64,000 nucleotides of DNA from Thermoanaerobaculia bacterium (lineage in GTDB: Bacteria; Acidobacteriota; Thermoanaerobaculia; UBA5066). The translations under genes and the position numbers were made by a program. This document shows, piece after piece, positions 47,717 through 57,302 of this stretch (its first letter is position 1; each line of letters starts with the position of its first letter). Under the pieces are notes generated by a model that saw only the letters and a program-made list of their open reading frames with translations, was not told where the DNA came from and searched no databases. The stretch covers positions 576,001 to 640,000 of the forward strand of contig CAWFJJ010000024.1 in assembly GCA_963816185.1 (NCBI GenBank), in the 5' to 3' direction.

Positions 47717-50128
47717 ATGCCGATGGCTGAAGAGTCCGGGAAGCGGGAAGCCGCCGAGGCCGAAGTTGCCATGCTGGCGGAGCTCGCGCGCTGCGCGGGC
47801 TTGGGCGAACGCTCGACGTGGGCGGCCCGCTGGGCTGCCCGGCTCTCCGGAGCCGACACGGCCGTCCTCTTCGTCGCCGATCCCGCCCAGGCTCTCCTCG
47901 TCTGCACGGGCGCGTCCGGTGAGGAGGCCGCGAAGAGCCTGCGCCGGACCGTCTCCCGCGAAACGGGTCTCGCGCGGGACGTCCTGCACGACCGCGGAGC
48001 GCGCATGGTCCGGCTGGACGAGATCGCCTCCATCGCCGACCCGCTCGTCCAGACGCTGCCCGCCGGAGCGGCGGCGGTCCTCGTCGCGCCGCTCCTCCTC
48101 GAGCGGGGAGCGGCCGGCATCGTCGGCCTCGGCTTCCGCGAGACACCCTCGAAGGACCGGCTCGCGTCTCTCGAGCGCTTCCTTCGTCATGCTGCGGCGG
48201 CCGTCGAGAGAGCCCGTGAGGCGGAGACAAAGACGACTGGCCTCCTTGCCGCGGTCGAGCGGCTGACGAACCTCTACGACGTGACGAAGGCCTTCAGCTC
48301 CACGATCGACGCGGGCGAGCTCTCCCTTCTCGTGGCCCGCAAGGCGGCCGACCTCCTCGGCGCCGAGGTCGCGTCCCTCTGGCGGCTCGAGGGCGACGGC
48401 GACGTCGTCCTTGCCGCGACCGCGGTCAACGAGAACTACGACGTGACGAATCCGCCGGATGCGGTCGGCGGAGAAGTCGTGGGGGACGTCCTCGCGTCGC
48501 GCTCGATCGGGCGGGAGGACGAGCCGGGGCCCGGCGGCTCCGGAGCCGGCGCGCCGGTCGGCTCCCTTCTCGCCGCGCCTCTCCTCGAAGACGAGAGGCC
48601 GATCGGGGCGATCGCCGTTGCGAACAAGCGGGGGCGGAATCCGCGGTTCACCGACGCGGACGAGGCGCTCCTCGTGGACCTGGCGCACGCCGCCGTGCGG
48701 GCGCTTCACAACGTGAGGCTGTGGGAGGCCGAGAAGAAGGTCGCCGAGCTGGACGCGCTCCTCGCGGTGAGCCGCGAGATCACCTCGACGCTCGACCTCG
48801 ACAAGGTCATGCGGGCGATCGTCAACGGGACGTCCGCCCTGATCCGCTACGACCGCTGTGCGATTGCCATCCTCCACCGAGGAGCGCTCCGGATCGGGGC
48901 GATCTCCGGGGCGGCGGAGGTGGATCGCAAGGATCCGTCGGTCAGGCGGAGCCAGGCGCTCCTCGAGTGGGTCTTCTTCGGCGGCGCTGACGTCGCCGTG
49001 ACGCGCCGCGAGGACGGAACCATCACGACCGACCGCCCGGAGACCGAGGAGAAGTTCCGGGCCTTCTTCGACGAGAGCGGCCGCAATGCCTTCTACGGAG
49101 TCCTGCTCGAGGACGACGAGGGAAAGCTCGGCGTTCTCGGCTTTGAGTCGACGGAGCCCCTCGAGTTCGACGCGGAGACCCGGGACCTCCTCCAGATTCT
49201 CGTCAATCAGGCCATCGTCGCCGTCCGCAACGCCCAGCTCTACCAGCAGGTCCCGCTGCCCGGGTTCCTCCGGCCCCTCGCGGAGCGGACGCGGAAGTTG
49301 CGGGGCCAGACCGGGAGACGGCCCCGGCGGTGGGCGCTCGGGAGCGCGGCAGCCCTTGTCCTCCTCGCCGTCCTGCCGTGGAACGTCCGGGTCTCGGGGC
49401 CGGCACGCGTCGTCCCCGGACGCAGAATCCCCGTCACGGCGTCCGTCGAGGGCGTCGTCGAGAGCGTATTCCACCGCGAGGGCGACAAGCTCGCGGCCGG
49501 GGCCGTCGTCGCGACGCTCGCGCGACGAGGCCTACCGGGCCGCCCTCGCTGAGGCGCGCGCAGCCGAGCAGATCGCCGAGAGCCGACGTCTCCCGCTACA
49601 CGCGCCGAAGGCAACGCCGCGGCCCTGTTCCAGGCGGCGGCCCGCCGCGACGAGATGCGGGCGCGGGCGGCTCTTGCTGAGGAGAAGCTCGAGCGGACGC
49701 GCCTCCGCGCGCCCGAGGCCGGCGTCGTCCTGACGCCCCGGCTCGAGGAGCGCGTCGGCCAGCTCCTCGCGGCGGGCGCCGAGTTCGCCGTTCTCGCCGA
49801 CACCTCGGCGGTTCTCGTGGAGGTGGCCGTGTCGGAGCGGGACGCGTCGCTCGTCGCCGTCGGACAGAAGGTCGACGTCAAGATGAACTCCTATCCCGCG
49901 TCCGACGTTCCACGGGACGGGTCGGTCCGCCTCGGCGCCGCCGTCCGCGAGGAAGGCGAGGAGCGCTTCGTCATCGCCGAGGCGCGCGTCGAGAACGCGG
50001 ACGGGCGGCTCCGGCCCGGCATGCTCGGAAAGGCGAAGGTCTCGACCGGAACCCAGCGCCTCCTTCGCGCGCTCCTCCGGAAGCCGGTGCGCTAGATCTG
50101 GCTGAGGCTCTGGCCGCTCCTGCCGTGA
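47717..50128 (+). CDS. GAF-GAF(-GAF)-HlyD/membrane-fusion-protein fusion (frameshifted in this sequence)
   Basis: GAF signatures (VANKRG..RFTDADEALL; LVNQAIVAVRNAQLY), TM, ASVEGVVESVFHREGD, LRAPEAGVV, LRPGMLGKAKV. Frame breaks near 49525 and 49600; in-frame TAG at 50093. Confidence 0.8.
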
Positions 50129-52321
50129 GCGCTGGCCGTGCCGGCCCCGGCCTCGCAGTCGTCGCGCGCCGCTCGCCGCGGACGCGCCGCCGAGGCCCTC
50201 GCCGCCCGCCACGGGCTCCGGCTCGACCGCCCGACTCTGCGGAAGGACCTCGTCATCCGCCGCCTCGTGCAGATCGGCGAGGTGACCTGGGTCGTCAAGC
50301 AGCCGGAGACGAACAAGATCTACAACTTCGACGACGACAATTGGGCCCTCATCGAGCTCTTCGACGGGACGCGGACCCGGACCGAGATCCTCGAGGAGTA
50401 CCGCGCGGCGTTTTCCGGGGGGAGATCCCCCTTCACGCTCGTCCTCGATTTCGAGGAGATGCTTCGAAGGATCGACCTCCTCGAGCAGTCGGCTTCCGAG
50501 CGGAACCTCCAGCTCCTGTCGAAGTTCAAGAGGCCCGAGACAGCGGGCCGCCGAGGAGAGCGCCGAGGGCTTCAACGTCTTCTTCATGCTCTTCAAGGTC
50601 TTCGATCCCGACCGGTTCCTCACCCGGACGCTCAGTTACGTCCGCTGGATCTGGCGTCCGCCGGTCGTTGCCGTCGCCTGCCTGACGTTCGTCTTCACGA
50701 TCTCGGTCTTCGTCGGCGCACTTCGACACCGATCTGGGCCCAGACGCTCGAGCTCTACGCCTTCCTGAGGAAGCCGTTCTGGGACGCCGTCCAGTTCTTC
50801 GTGATCCTCACCGGCATCGGCGCCATCCACGAATTCGCGCACGGCTACGTCACGAAGTTCTACGGCGGCGAGGTGCACGACATCGGGATCGCGCTCCTCT
50901 ACTTCATGCCGGCGTTCTACTGCGACACGACCGACTCGCTCCTCTTCCAGAGCAAGTGGCAGCGGCTCTGACGTCACGGTGGCGGGGATCTACATCGAGG
51001 CGATCCTCTGCACCATCGCGACGGCGCTCTGGGTCGCGACCTACCCGGACACGCTTCTCCACGAGCTCGCCTACAAGACGATGCTCTTCACCGGCGTCTC
51101 GACCGTCTTCTTCAACATCAACCCGCTCGTGAAGATCGACGGCTACTACGCCCTCTGCAGCCTCATCGAGATCCCGGAGCTGCGCGAGGAGTCGTTCCGG
51201 TAGCTCGGCGCCCTCTTCCAGCGGCACGTTCTCCGGCTGAACGTCGAGGTGCCCGTCCTCTCGCGCCGCAAGCGGCGGATCTTCCTCGTCTACGCTCCGC
51301 TCGCGCTCGGGTACACCGGCTTCATCATGACTTTCATCGCGAAGCTCCTCGACAACTTCTACTCGAAGATCGTCCCGGAACTGGCCGTCGTTCTGCTGCT
51401 CGTCACGCTCTACTTCTTCTTCCGGAAGCGGGTCCGCCTCGTCGTCCGGATCTCCCGCCTCCTCTATCTCGACAAGAAGGAGCTCGTCATGTCGCCGCGA
51501 GCCCGCTTCCCCCTCCTTGCCGCCGCCGCCGGCCTCGTCCTCCTCCTCGCCGTTCCCTGGGGCCGGCGGACGATCTCCATCGACTGCATCCTCGAGCCCG
51601 CCGCGTCTTTGAAGGTGGAAGCCCCGGAGGACGGGGTCGTCCGGGAGGTCTTCGCGCGCGAAGGCGACCTCCTCCGGGCGGGACAGCCCCTCTTCCGGAT
51701 CGAGAGCTCCGGCGTCGCGCGCCGATCTCGCATCCCTTTCGGCCCGCCGCGCGGGAGCCGCAGACGAGACAGCACGCAGCCTCCGGTCCGGGGACGTCGG
51801 GGACGTCTATCGGTCCGAGCGGAAGGAAGGAGCGGCCGCCGCCGGCCTCGCCCGCGACGCGGCGCGCACGGCGCGGCTCGCCGTGCCGAGCCCGATGGAC
51901 GGGCGCCTCCTGACGGCACGCACGGAGGATCTCGTCGGCAGGTGGGTCACGGCGGGAACCGCACTCGGAACCGTCGGGGACACGCGGCAACTGACGGCAG
52001 CGTTTCCGGTTTCGGAGCGCCTTCTGACCGACCTCGCGGTCGGGGCGCCGGTTTCGGTGCAGCTCCGCGGGCGCCCGTTCCAGATCCTCCGCGGCGCGAT
52101 CGTTTCGATCGCTCCCGCGTCCCAGCCGGCTCCGGCCCACGCACGCCCTCCGCCCATCCGAGACGCCGGGCCGCTTCGTGGCGGTAGCGCTCTTCGAGAA
52201 CCCCGGCGGAAGCCTGCAGCCGGGACTCGAAGGGCTGGCGAAGATCCAGGGCCCCAGGAGGTCGCTCATCGGAGAGGGTGTCCGCATTCTCGCCCGGTGG
52301 TTCCGCCAGATCGCGTGGTGA
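50125..52321 (+). CDS. PqqD/RRE-like - M50 (site-2) zinc metallopeptidase - HlyD fusion (multiple frameshifts/stops in this sequence)
   Basis: N-terminal WVVKQPETNKIYNF...LFDGTRT (RRE-like), HEFAH (HExxH), AGIYIE, NINPLVKIDGYY, APEDGVVREVFAREGD, SPMDG, ENPGGSLQPG...RWFRQIAW*. Reconstructed across ORFs starting at 50138, 50586, 50979, 51249 and 51883. Confidence 0.8.
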
Positions 52322-52324
52322 ACG

Positions 52325-52359
52325 AAAACAAAAGCGCCCCGGCCGGGGCCGGGGCGCGC
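52325..52359 (-). terminator. Rho-independent terminator of the repeat-peptide gene
   Basis: GCGCCCCGGC/GCCGGGGCGC stem followed on the minus strand by TTTTGTTTT. Confidence 0.85.
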
Positions 52360-52381
52360 TCACGTTCGAATGGAAGGACGC

Positions 52382-52819
52382 TCAGTCGGCGTTCTCCGTG
52401 GTCCGCGCGTTCAAGACCCTGGGAGCCGCCTGCGCGCGGGCCGTGTTGAGCCGCGGGGCGGCCTGAACGCGGGCAGCGTTCATCTTGGGGGCCGCCTGTG
52501 CGCGGGCCGTGTTGAGCCGCGGGGCGGCCTGAACGCGAGCAGCGTTCATCTTGGGGGCCGCCTGTGCGCGGGCCGTGTTGAGCCGCGGGGCGGCCTGAAC
52601 GCGGGCAGCGTTCATCTTGGGGGCCGCCTGTGCGCGGGCCGTGTTGAGCCGCGGAGCGGCCTGAACGCGGGCGCTCGCCACCTTGGCCGACATCGTCGGC
52701 GTGACGGCCGGGTTGCGGCCGAGGTTGCTGACGCGAATCTCGCCGACGGCCTGGCCGGTCGCCTCCTTGATCTTCGCCTTCTGATCGTCGGTCAGCTTGA
52801 TTCGCACTTCGTTTGCCAT
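52382..52819 (-). CDS. 145-aa leader-plus-tandem-repeat peptide (candidate precursor/secretion substrate)
   Basis: AAGGAGGAGG RBS, ATG 52819; MANEVRIKLTDDQKAKIKEATG... followed by alternating ARVQAAPRLNT/ARAQAAPKMNA; has its own promoter and terminator. Confidence 0.85.
   Translation of the reverse strand: MANEVRIKLTDDQKAKIKEATGQAVGEIRVSNLGRNPAVTPTMSAKVASARVQAAPRLNTARAQAAPKMNAARVQAAPRLNTARAQAAPKMNAARVQAAPRLNTARAQAAPKMNAARVQAAPRLNTARAQAAPRVLNARTTENAD
52425..52672. repeat. 66-bp tandem repeat (about 3.75 copies) built from two 33-bp subunits
   Basis: GCCGCCTG recurs at 52425, 52491, 52557 and 52623. Confidence 0.95.
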
Positions 52820-52866
52820 GGGTGCCTCCTCCTTGTTCTTCCGCCTTCTGGCGTTGCGATCGTCAG

Positions 52867-52883
52867 TGCAAGCAGGAGGCCAA
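52867..52883 (-). promoter_or_regulatory. Sigma-54 promoter of the repeat-peptide gene
   Basis: Minus strand TTGGCCTCCTGCTTGCA = GG-N10-GC with TTGC. Confidence 0.8.
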
Positions 52884-52959
52884 CGCGAGTCCGCCGGCCT
52901 GCACCGGCAACCCGTTGAGAATTCATCTCCATGCTCCGGCGCCAGGGCAGCGTGCGGTG

Positions 52960-52989
52960 TGACTATTTCAACCGGGGTTGACTCTTTCA
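52960..52989. promoter_or_regulatory. Candidate enhancer (UAS) for the adjacent activator
   Basis: TGACTATTTCA (52960) and TGACTCTTTCA (52979) direct repeat, each TGA-N5-TCA, overlapping the palindrome TCAACC-GG-GGTTGA; 80-105 bp upstream of the -24 element. Confidence 0.55.
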
Positions 52990-52993
52990 CCCC

Positions 52994-54367
52994 TCAGAGT
53001 CGGTACTTCCGGCAGAGGTACTTCATCTGGTTCGCGTCGAGGCCGAGCGCTTCGGCGGCACGCGCTTTGACCCCGCCGGAGCGCGCGATCGCCCGGGCGA
53101 TCCTCTCGCGCTCGAACCGGGCGATAGCCTCCGAGAGAGGCAGGTCGTCGTCGGCCCTTCGGCCCGTCGTCTCGGGTAGCGCCTCGGATCGGCCGAGAGC
53201 TCCCGGGAGATGCTCCGGAGCGATCGTCTCACCGTCCACCATCAGCGTCAGCATCTCGACGAGGTGCTCGAGCTCGCGCACATTCCCGCGGAAGGGGTGC
53301 GTCGCGAGCGCCTGTAGCGTCTCGTGGGCGAAGGCCTTCGGCGGCCGGCCGGCCCGCGCCGCCGCCCGCTCCGCGAAAAGCTCGACGAGGAGCGGAAGGT
53401 CCTCCCGTCGCTCGCGGAGGGGCGGAATCCTAAGGGGAACCGTGTTCAGCCGGTAGAAGAGGTCCTCCCGGAAGGTCCCCGTCCGTACCCGCGCCCCGAG
53501 GTCCTCGTTCGTGGCGGCGACGAGGCGGATGTCGACCGCGATCGGCTTTCGTCCACCCACCCGCTCGACCTCCCGGCTCTCGAGAGCGCGCAGGAGCTTC
53601 GCCTGCACTGCGGGCGATAGGGTCGCGACCTCGTCGAGGAAGAGCGTTCCCTTGTGCGCCAGCTCGAACTTTCCGGGCCGCGACGCCATGGCTCCGGTGA
53701 AGGCTCCGCGCTCGTGCCCGAAGAGCTCCGACTCGGCGAGCGCCTCGGGCAGGGCGGAGCTGTTCACGACGACGAAGGGGCCATCTCTGCGCGGGCTTCC
53801 CGCGTGGATCGCCTCGGCCACCAGCTCCTTTCCGGTCCCGCTCTCGCCGTAAATGAGGACCGTCGCGTCGGAGGGCGCCACCTTCCCGATCGCCTCGAAG
53901 AGAGCACGCATCGGGGCGCTCGCCCCGACGAGCCGGCCGAGCGAGCGCCGCCGGAGCGCCTCCTCCCGGAGGGTGCGATTCTCTCGGAGGAGGCGGTGCC
54001 GCTCGAGCGCCCGCGAGAGGACGACGAGGAGCTCGACCGTGTCGAACGGCTTCCTGAAGAAGTCGAAGGCGCCGAGCTCGAGTGCGCTGAGCGCGAGGCG
54101 CCGCTCGGTCTCCGCCGTCATCACGAGGACCGTCGCGTCGGCACACTTCTTCCGGAGAGCGGCGACGAGGCGCAGCCCCTCCTCCGGCTCGCCCGAGGGC
54201 GGGAGCCGGAGATCCACGAGGAAGACGTCCGGATCGTGGTCTGCGAGCGCGAGCCCTTCGGCGGTGTCGCGGGCGGGAAGGACCTCGAACCGGCCCTTCA
54301 GCGCCCAGGCGAGCTGATCGAGAAGGACCGGGTCGTCTTCCACGACCACGATGCGCCCGGACTCCAC
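52994..54367 (-). CDS. Sigma-54-dependent response regulator, PrsR-like
   Basis: VEDDPVLLDQLAWAL...DLRLPP..PEEGL REC (resembles PEP-CTERM PrsR), GESGTGKE, GAFTGA, C-terminal HTH. Confidence 0.92.
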   Translation of the reverse strand: MESGRIVVVEDDPVLLDQLAWALKGRFEVLPARDTAEGLALADHDPDVFLVDLRLPPSGEPEEGLRLVAALRKKCADATVLVMTAETERRLALSALELGAFDFFRKPFDTVELLVVLSRALERHRLLRENRTLREEALRRRSLGRLVGASAPMRALFEAIGKVAPSDATVLIYGESGTGKELVAEAIHAGSPRRDGPFVVVNSSALPEALAESELFGHERGAFTGAMASRPGKFELAHKGTLFLDEVATLSPAVQAKLLRALESREVERVGGRKPIAVDIRLVAATNEDLGARVRTGTFREDLFYRLNTVPLRIPPLRERREDLPLLVELFAERAAARAGRPPKAFAHETLQALATHPFRGNVRELEHLVEMLTLMVDGETIAPEHLPGALGRSEALPETTGRRADDDLPLSEAIARFERERIARAIARSGGVKARAAEALGLDANQMKYLCRKYRL

Positions 54368-54369
54368 GT

Positions 54370-55080
54370 TCAGCTCCTTTCGCGCGCGCCACCCTGCGGG
54401 GAACCGGCGCCGGGGAGCGTCACCCGGACCAGCGTTCCCGCATCGGGCCCGCTCTCGACGGCGATTTCGCCGCCGTGCAGCCCGAGAATCTGGCGGGCGG
54501 TGTAGAGGCCGAGCCCAACGCCGCCCGGCTTAGTCGTCCGGAAGGGATGGAAGAGGTCCGAGGCGAGGAACTCCGGCGTCATCCCCGGGCCGTCGTCCTG
54601 AATCTCGACGACAGCCCTCGTCCGCCCTCCGCGCCGTGCCGAGAACGCGCGCACCGTGACGAGCCCGCCAGCGGCTTCGAGAGCGTTCTGAAACACGTTC
54701 TGGAACGCCTCGCCGAGATAGAACGGATCCCCCCAGACGCGGGGGAGCTCGTCGATCTCCGTCGCGACCCGCACCGCCGGACCGCCGGCGCGCTGCCGGG
54801 GCGCGGCCACGACCTCGCGGAGCAGGTCGGCCGGGTCGATCGGTATCTTGATCAAGACCGCCTCGCGGCTCGCGGCCCAGTGCGTCAGGGCGGCGTCGAT
54901 CTTCTGGACTGTCGACTGGAGCAGGTCGGAGACGCTGCGCTTGAAGTCGGGGTCGCCGTAGTGCTCGTCGAGGTTCCCGAGAAGGAGGTTCAGCCGCTGC
55001 CCCACGTTCTTCATGTCGTGGAGAAGGACGGAGTCGGCGGCCGTTCTGAGACCGCGCGATCCGGCGCGGTGGCGGCTCAC
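54370..55080 (-). CDS. Sensor-less histidine kinase, PrsK-like core
   Basis: HDMKNVGQRLNLLLGNLDEHYGDPDF (compare PrsK HDLKN...NPEF), NALEA, DDGPG, FRTTKPGGVGLGL; no TM or sensor domain. Confidence 0.88.
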   Translation of the reverse strand: MSRHRAGSRGLRTAADSVLLHDMKNVGQRLNLLLGNLDEHYGDPDFKRSVSDLLQSTVQKIDAALTHWAASREAVLIKIPIDPADLLREVVAAPRQRAGGPAVRVATEIDELPRVWGDPFYLGEAFQNVFQNALEAAGGLVTVRAFSARRGGRTRAVVEIQDDGPGMTPEFLASDLFHPFRTTKPGGVGLGLYTARQILGLHGGEIAVESGPDAGTLVRVTLPGAGSPQGGARERS

Positions 55081-55874
55081 GGCCTTGCCGGCGCGCCGCC
55101 GAAGCCGAGCTGGACCGCCATCCCAGGCCTCAGGGTGCCCTTCGGGTCCCGGCGGACCCTGACGATGACCTGAACGGTGCCGCTCCCGGGATCGAGGACC
55201 GGGCTGACGAAGCTGACGCGGCCGGTCGAGAGGGCCTCCGGAAAATCGGGGGCGTGCACCGAAACCTCCTGCCCGACCTTCACCGCCCGGAGGGCCGTGC
55301 CCGGGAGGAAGGCGCGCGCGAGGAGAGGCTCGAGCGCCATCACCTTGAAGAGCGGCTTGCTCTCCTCGAGAGTGAACTTCTCTCCCACGCGCGCGTAACG
55401 GTCGGCCACGATCCCGTCGAAAGGAGCCCGCACGACCGACCGGTCGATCACGAGCTTCGCCCTCTCAAGCTCCACGAGGGCAAGCTCATGCCGCGATCTC
55501 CTCTGCTCGAACTCGGCCTCGCTCGTCAGGTTCTGGCGGCGCAGCTCCTCGTACCGCTTCAGGTCCGCAAGACTCACGGCGAGCGTCTCCTCCGCGGCGC
55601 GGAGGTCGAGCTGGAATTCCCGCTGATCGAGCGTCGCGAGGGCCTGCCCCTTGCGGACCTGATCTCCACGGTCGGCCTGGATGGAATCGATCACCCCGGT
55701 GACCCGCGTGGTCACGGTGACCTCCTGCTCGACCATCAGGTTCGAGGCGACCGTGAGCGCGGGAGACGCGGGCACCGGCGCACCGGCGCCGGCCCTCGCG
55801 AGGTTAAGGAGGGAGATGGCGATGAACGCCCGACCAGAAAGCCGGATTGGTCCGCGCGTGATTTTCTTTCTCAA
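55077..55874 (-). CDS. Stand-alone periplasmic adaptor (RND/HlyD MFP)
   Basis: RVTGVIDSI..DRGDQVRKGQ, VRAPFDGIV, GRVSFVSPVLDPGSGT, LRPGM. Start uncertain (TTG 55874). Confidence 0.85.
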   Translation of the reverse strand: MRKKITRGPIRLSGRAFIAISLLNLARAGAGAPVPASPALTVASNLMVEQEVTVTTRVTGVIDSIQADRGDQVRKGQALATLDQREFQLDLRAAEETLAVSLADLKRYEELRRQNLTSEAEFEQRRSRHELALVELERAKLVIDRSVVRAPFDGIVADRYARVGEKFTLEESKPLFKVMALEPLLARAFLPGTALRAVKVGQEVSVHAPDFPEALSTGRVSFVSPVLDPGSGTVQVIVRVRRDPKGTLRPGMAVQLGFGGAPARP

Positions 55875-56235
55875 GATGTCCGGAAGGGAATGATACAGAA
55901 GCTCCCGGCGGGCATCGACCTCGGGGAGACGAGCGCGCTCGAGGGTCCGATTCTGAGGATCTGACGGATCACGGCTTAGAGGTCTATCCTGTATCAGGCG
56001 GTGCTCGTGTCGACTCCGTTTCTCCTCGGTCTGGTGGTTGTTTCCGGTGCCCTTGCGATCTGGTATTTCCGCGTCCGAGCCGCGCGGGGCTCCGCGCGCG
56101 ACCTCGCGGCGAGGAAGACCCGTAACGCGGCGGTGCGCAGCGCGCAGAGCGTCGAGTCGGCGATTCGAGGGCGGCGATAGGCGATAAGCCGCCCCGGTGT
56201 AACGCCGACGAGGACCTTCGGGAGAGAATGGACCC

Positions 56236-57255
56236 ATGGGCGTCGCTCTCGCGCTCCTCCTCGCGGCCGTCTCGGGCCAGGAGACTCAACACGCCGGGAG
56301 AGTGAGCAGCGCAGTACGCGTCGAGCGCGTCCTCGTGGACGCCTACGTGACGACCGGTTCGGGCGAGCCCATTCCGGACCTCACGGCGGCTGATTTCCGC
56401 GTGAAGGTAGCCGGACAGCCCGTGGAGCTCGAGTCGGCGGAATGGATCCCCGCGGGCCGTCCCGAGGTCGTGCCGTTTCCGCCAGGAGAATTGGTCGGCG
56501 CCGAGGAAGGACCAGCGACCCTCGCCTGGCCGCCCGGGCGCGTCATCGTCGTCTTCGTGCAGGAAGACTTCTCGCGTCAAAGGCAGAAGGGCCTGATGGA
56601 CATGGGGCAGCACCTGGACCGCTTCCTGTCGAGGCTCGTGCCGACCGATCGGGTCGCGGTCGTCTCGTACGACTCTCATCTGAAGCTGCGCCGAGACTTC
56701 ACGTCCGACCCGGAGCAGATCCGCGCGGGCTTTTTCGAATCGTTCTTTTTCGACGAGCCCCCTCCTCCCCCGGCCGGGCCCTTCCCGTCGCTCGCCCGGT
56801 ACCTCGACTTCAAGGCGGCGAAGAAGGCTGCGTCCGTGGACAAGGGACTCGCTCTCGTGGCTCGCGCCCTCTCGAAGATCCCAGGCGGCAAGGCGATGCT
56901 CTATTTCGGCTGGGGGCTTCAAGTGGACGGCACGCCGCGAGAGGGGCGCGACGCGGGTGAAGCGATCGGAGCGCTCTACGAGGCCCGTGTGAACGTCTTC
57001 ACTCTCGACATCTCCGACGCGGACTACCACACGCTGGAAGTGCGTCTCATCGATGCGGCCGAATTGACCGGCGGCCGGTACGAGAAGACGCACATCTTCA
57101 CGGGTGGCGCGCTCTCGCGAGTCGTGAAGAGTCTCGGGGGGCGATACGTCCTCGTCTTCGTGAAGCCCGACGGACCGCGCGGCTTCCATCCTCTTTCCGT
57201 CCAGCTCGCCGGGCGGAAAGGAGAAGTCGTCGCGCGACCGTACTACCAGGACTGA
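56236..57255 (+). CDS. VWA-related (acidobacterial VWFA-type) secreted protein
   Basis: VLVDAYVT..GEPIPDLTAADFRV, DRVAVVSYD, PGGKAMLYF, AELTGG, YVLVF, ARPYY. MIDAS is not canonical. Confidence 0.8.
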   Translation: MGVALALLLAAVSGQETQHAGRVSSAVRVERVLVDAYVTTGSGEPIPDLTAADFRVKVAGQPVELESAEWIPAGRPEVVPFPPGELVGAEEGPATLAWPPGRVIVVFVQEDFSRQRQKGLMDMGQHLDRFLSRLVPTDRVAVVSYDSHLKLRRDFTSDPEQIRAGFFESFFFDEPPPPPAGPFPSLARYLDFKAAKKAASVDKGLALVARALSKIPGGKAMLYFGWGLQVDGTPREGRDAGEAIGALYEARVNVFTLDISDADYHTLEVRLIDAAELTGGRYEKTHIFTGGALSRVVKSLGGRYVLVFVKPDGPRGFHPLSVQLAGRKGEVVARPYYQD

Positions 57256-57302
57256 CGCTCGGGCCGAGGGAGCGCCCACGGATACAATCACGTCAGACCT
57301 TC

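Noticed and set aside
50093-51203. In-frame TAG codons as recoding (Pyl or alternative code)
   Set aside because: TAG ends many intact genes in the window, no pyl genes are present, and the stops sit among indels, which favours error or decay.
52425-52672. Regular repeat as a possible CRISPR array
   Set aside because: There are no unique spacers, the period is a multiple of 3 within an ORF that has RBS, promoter and terminator, and no cas genes are present.
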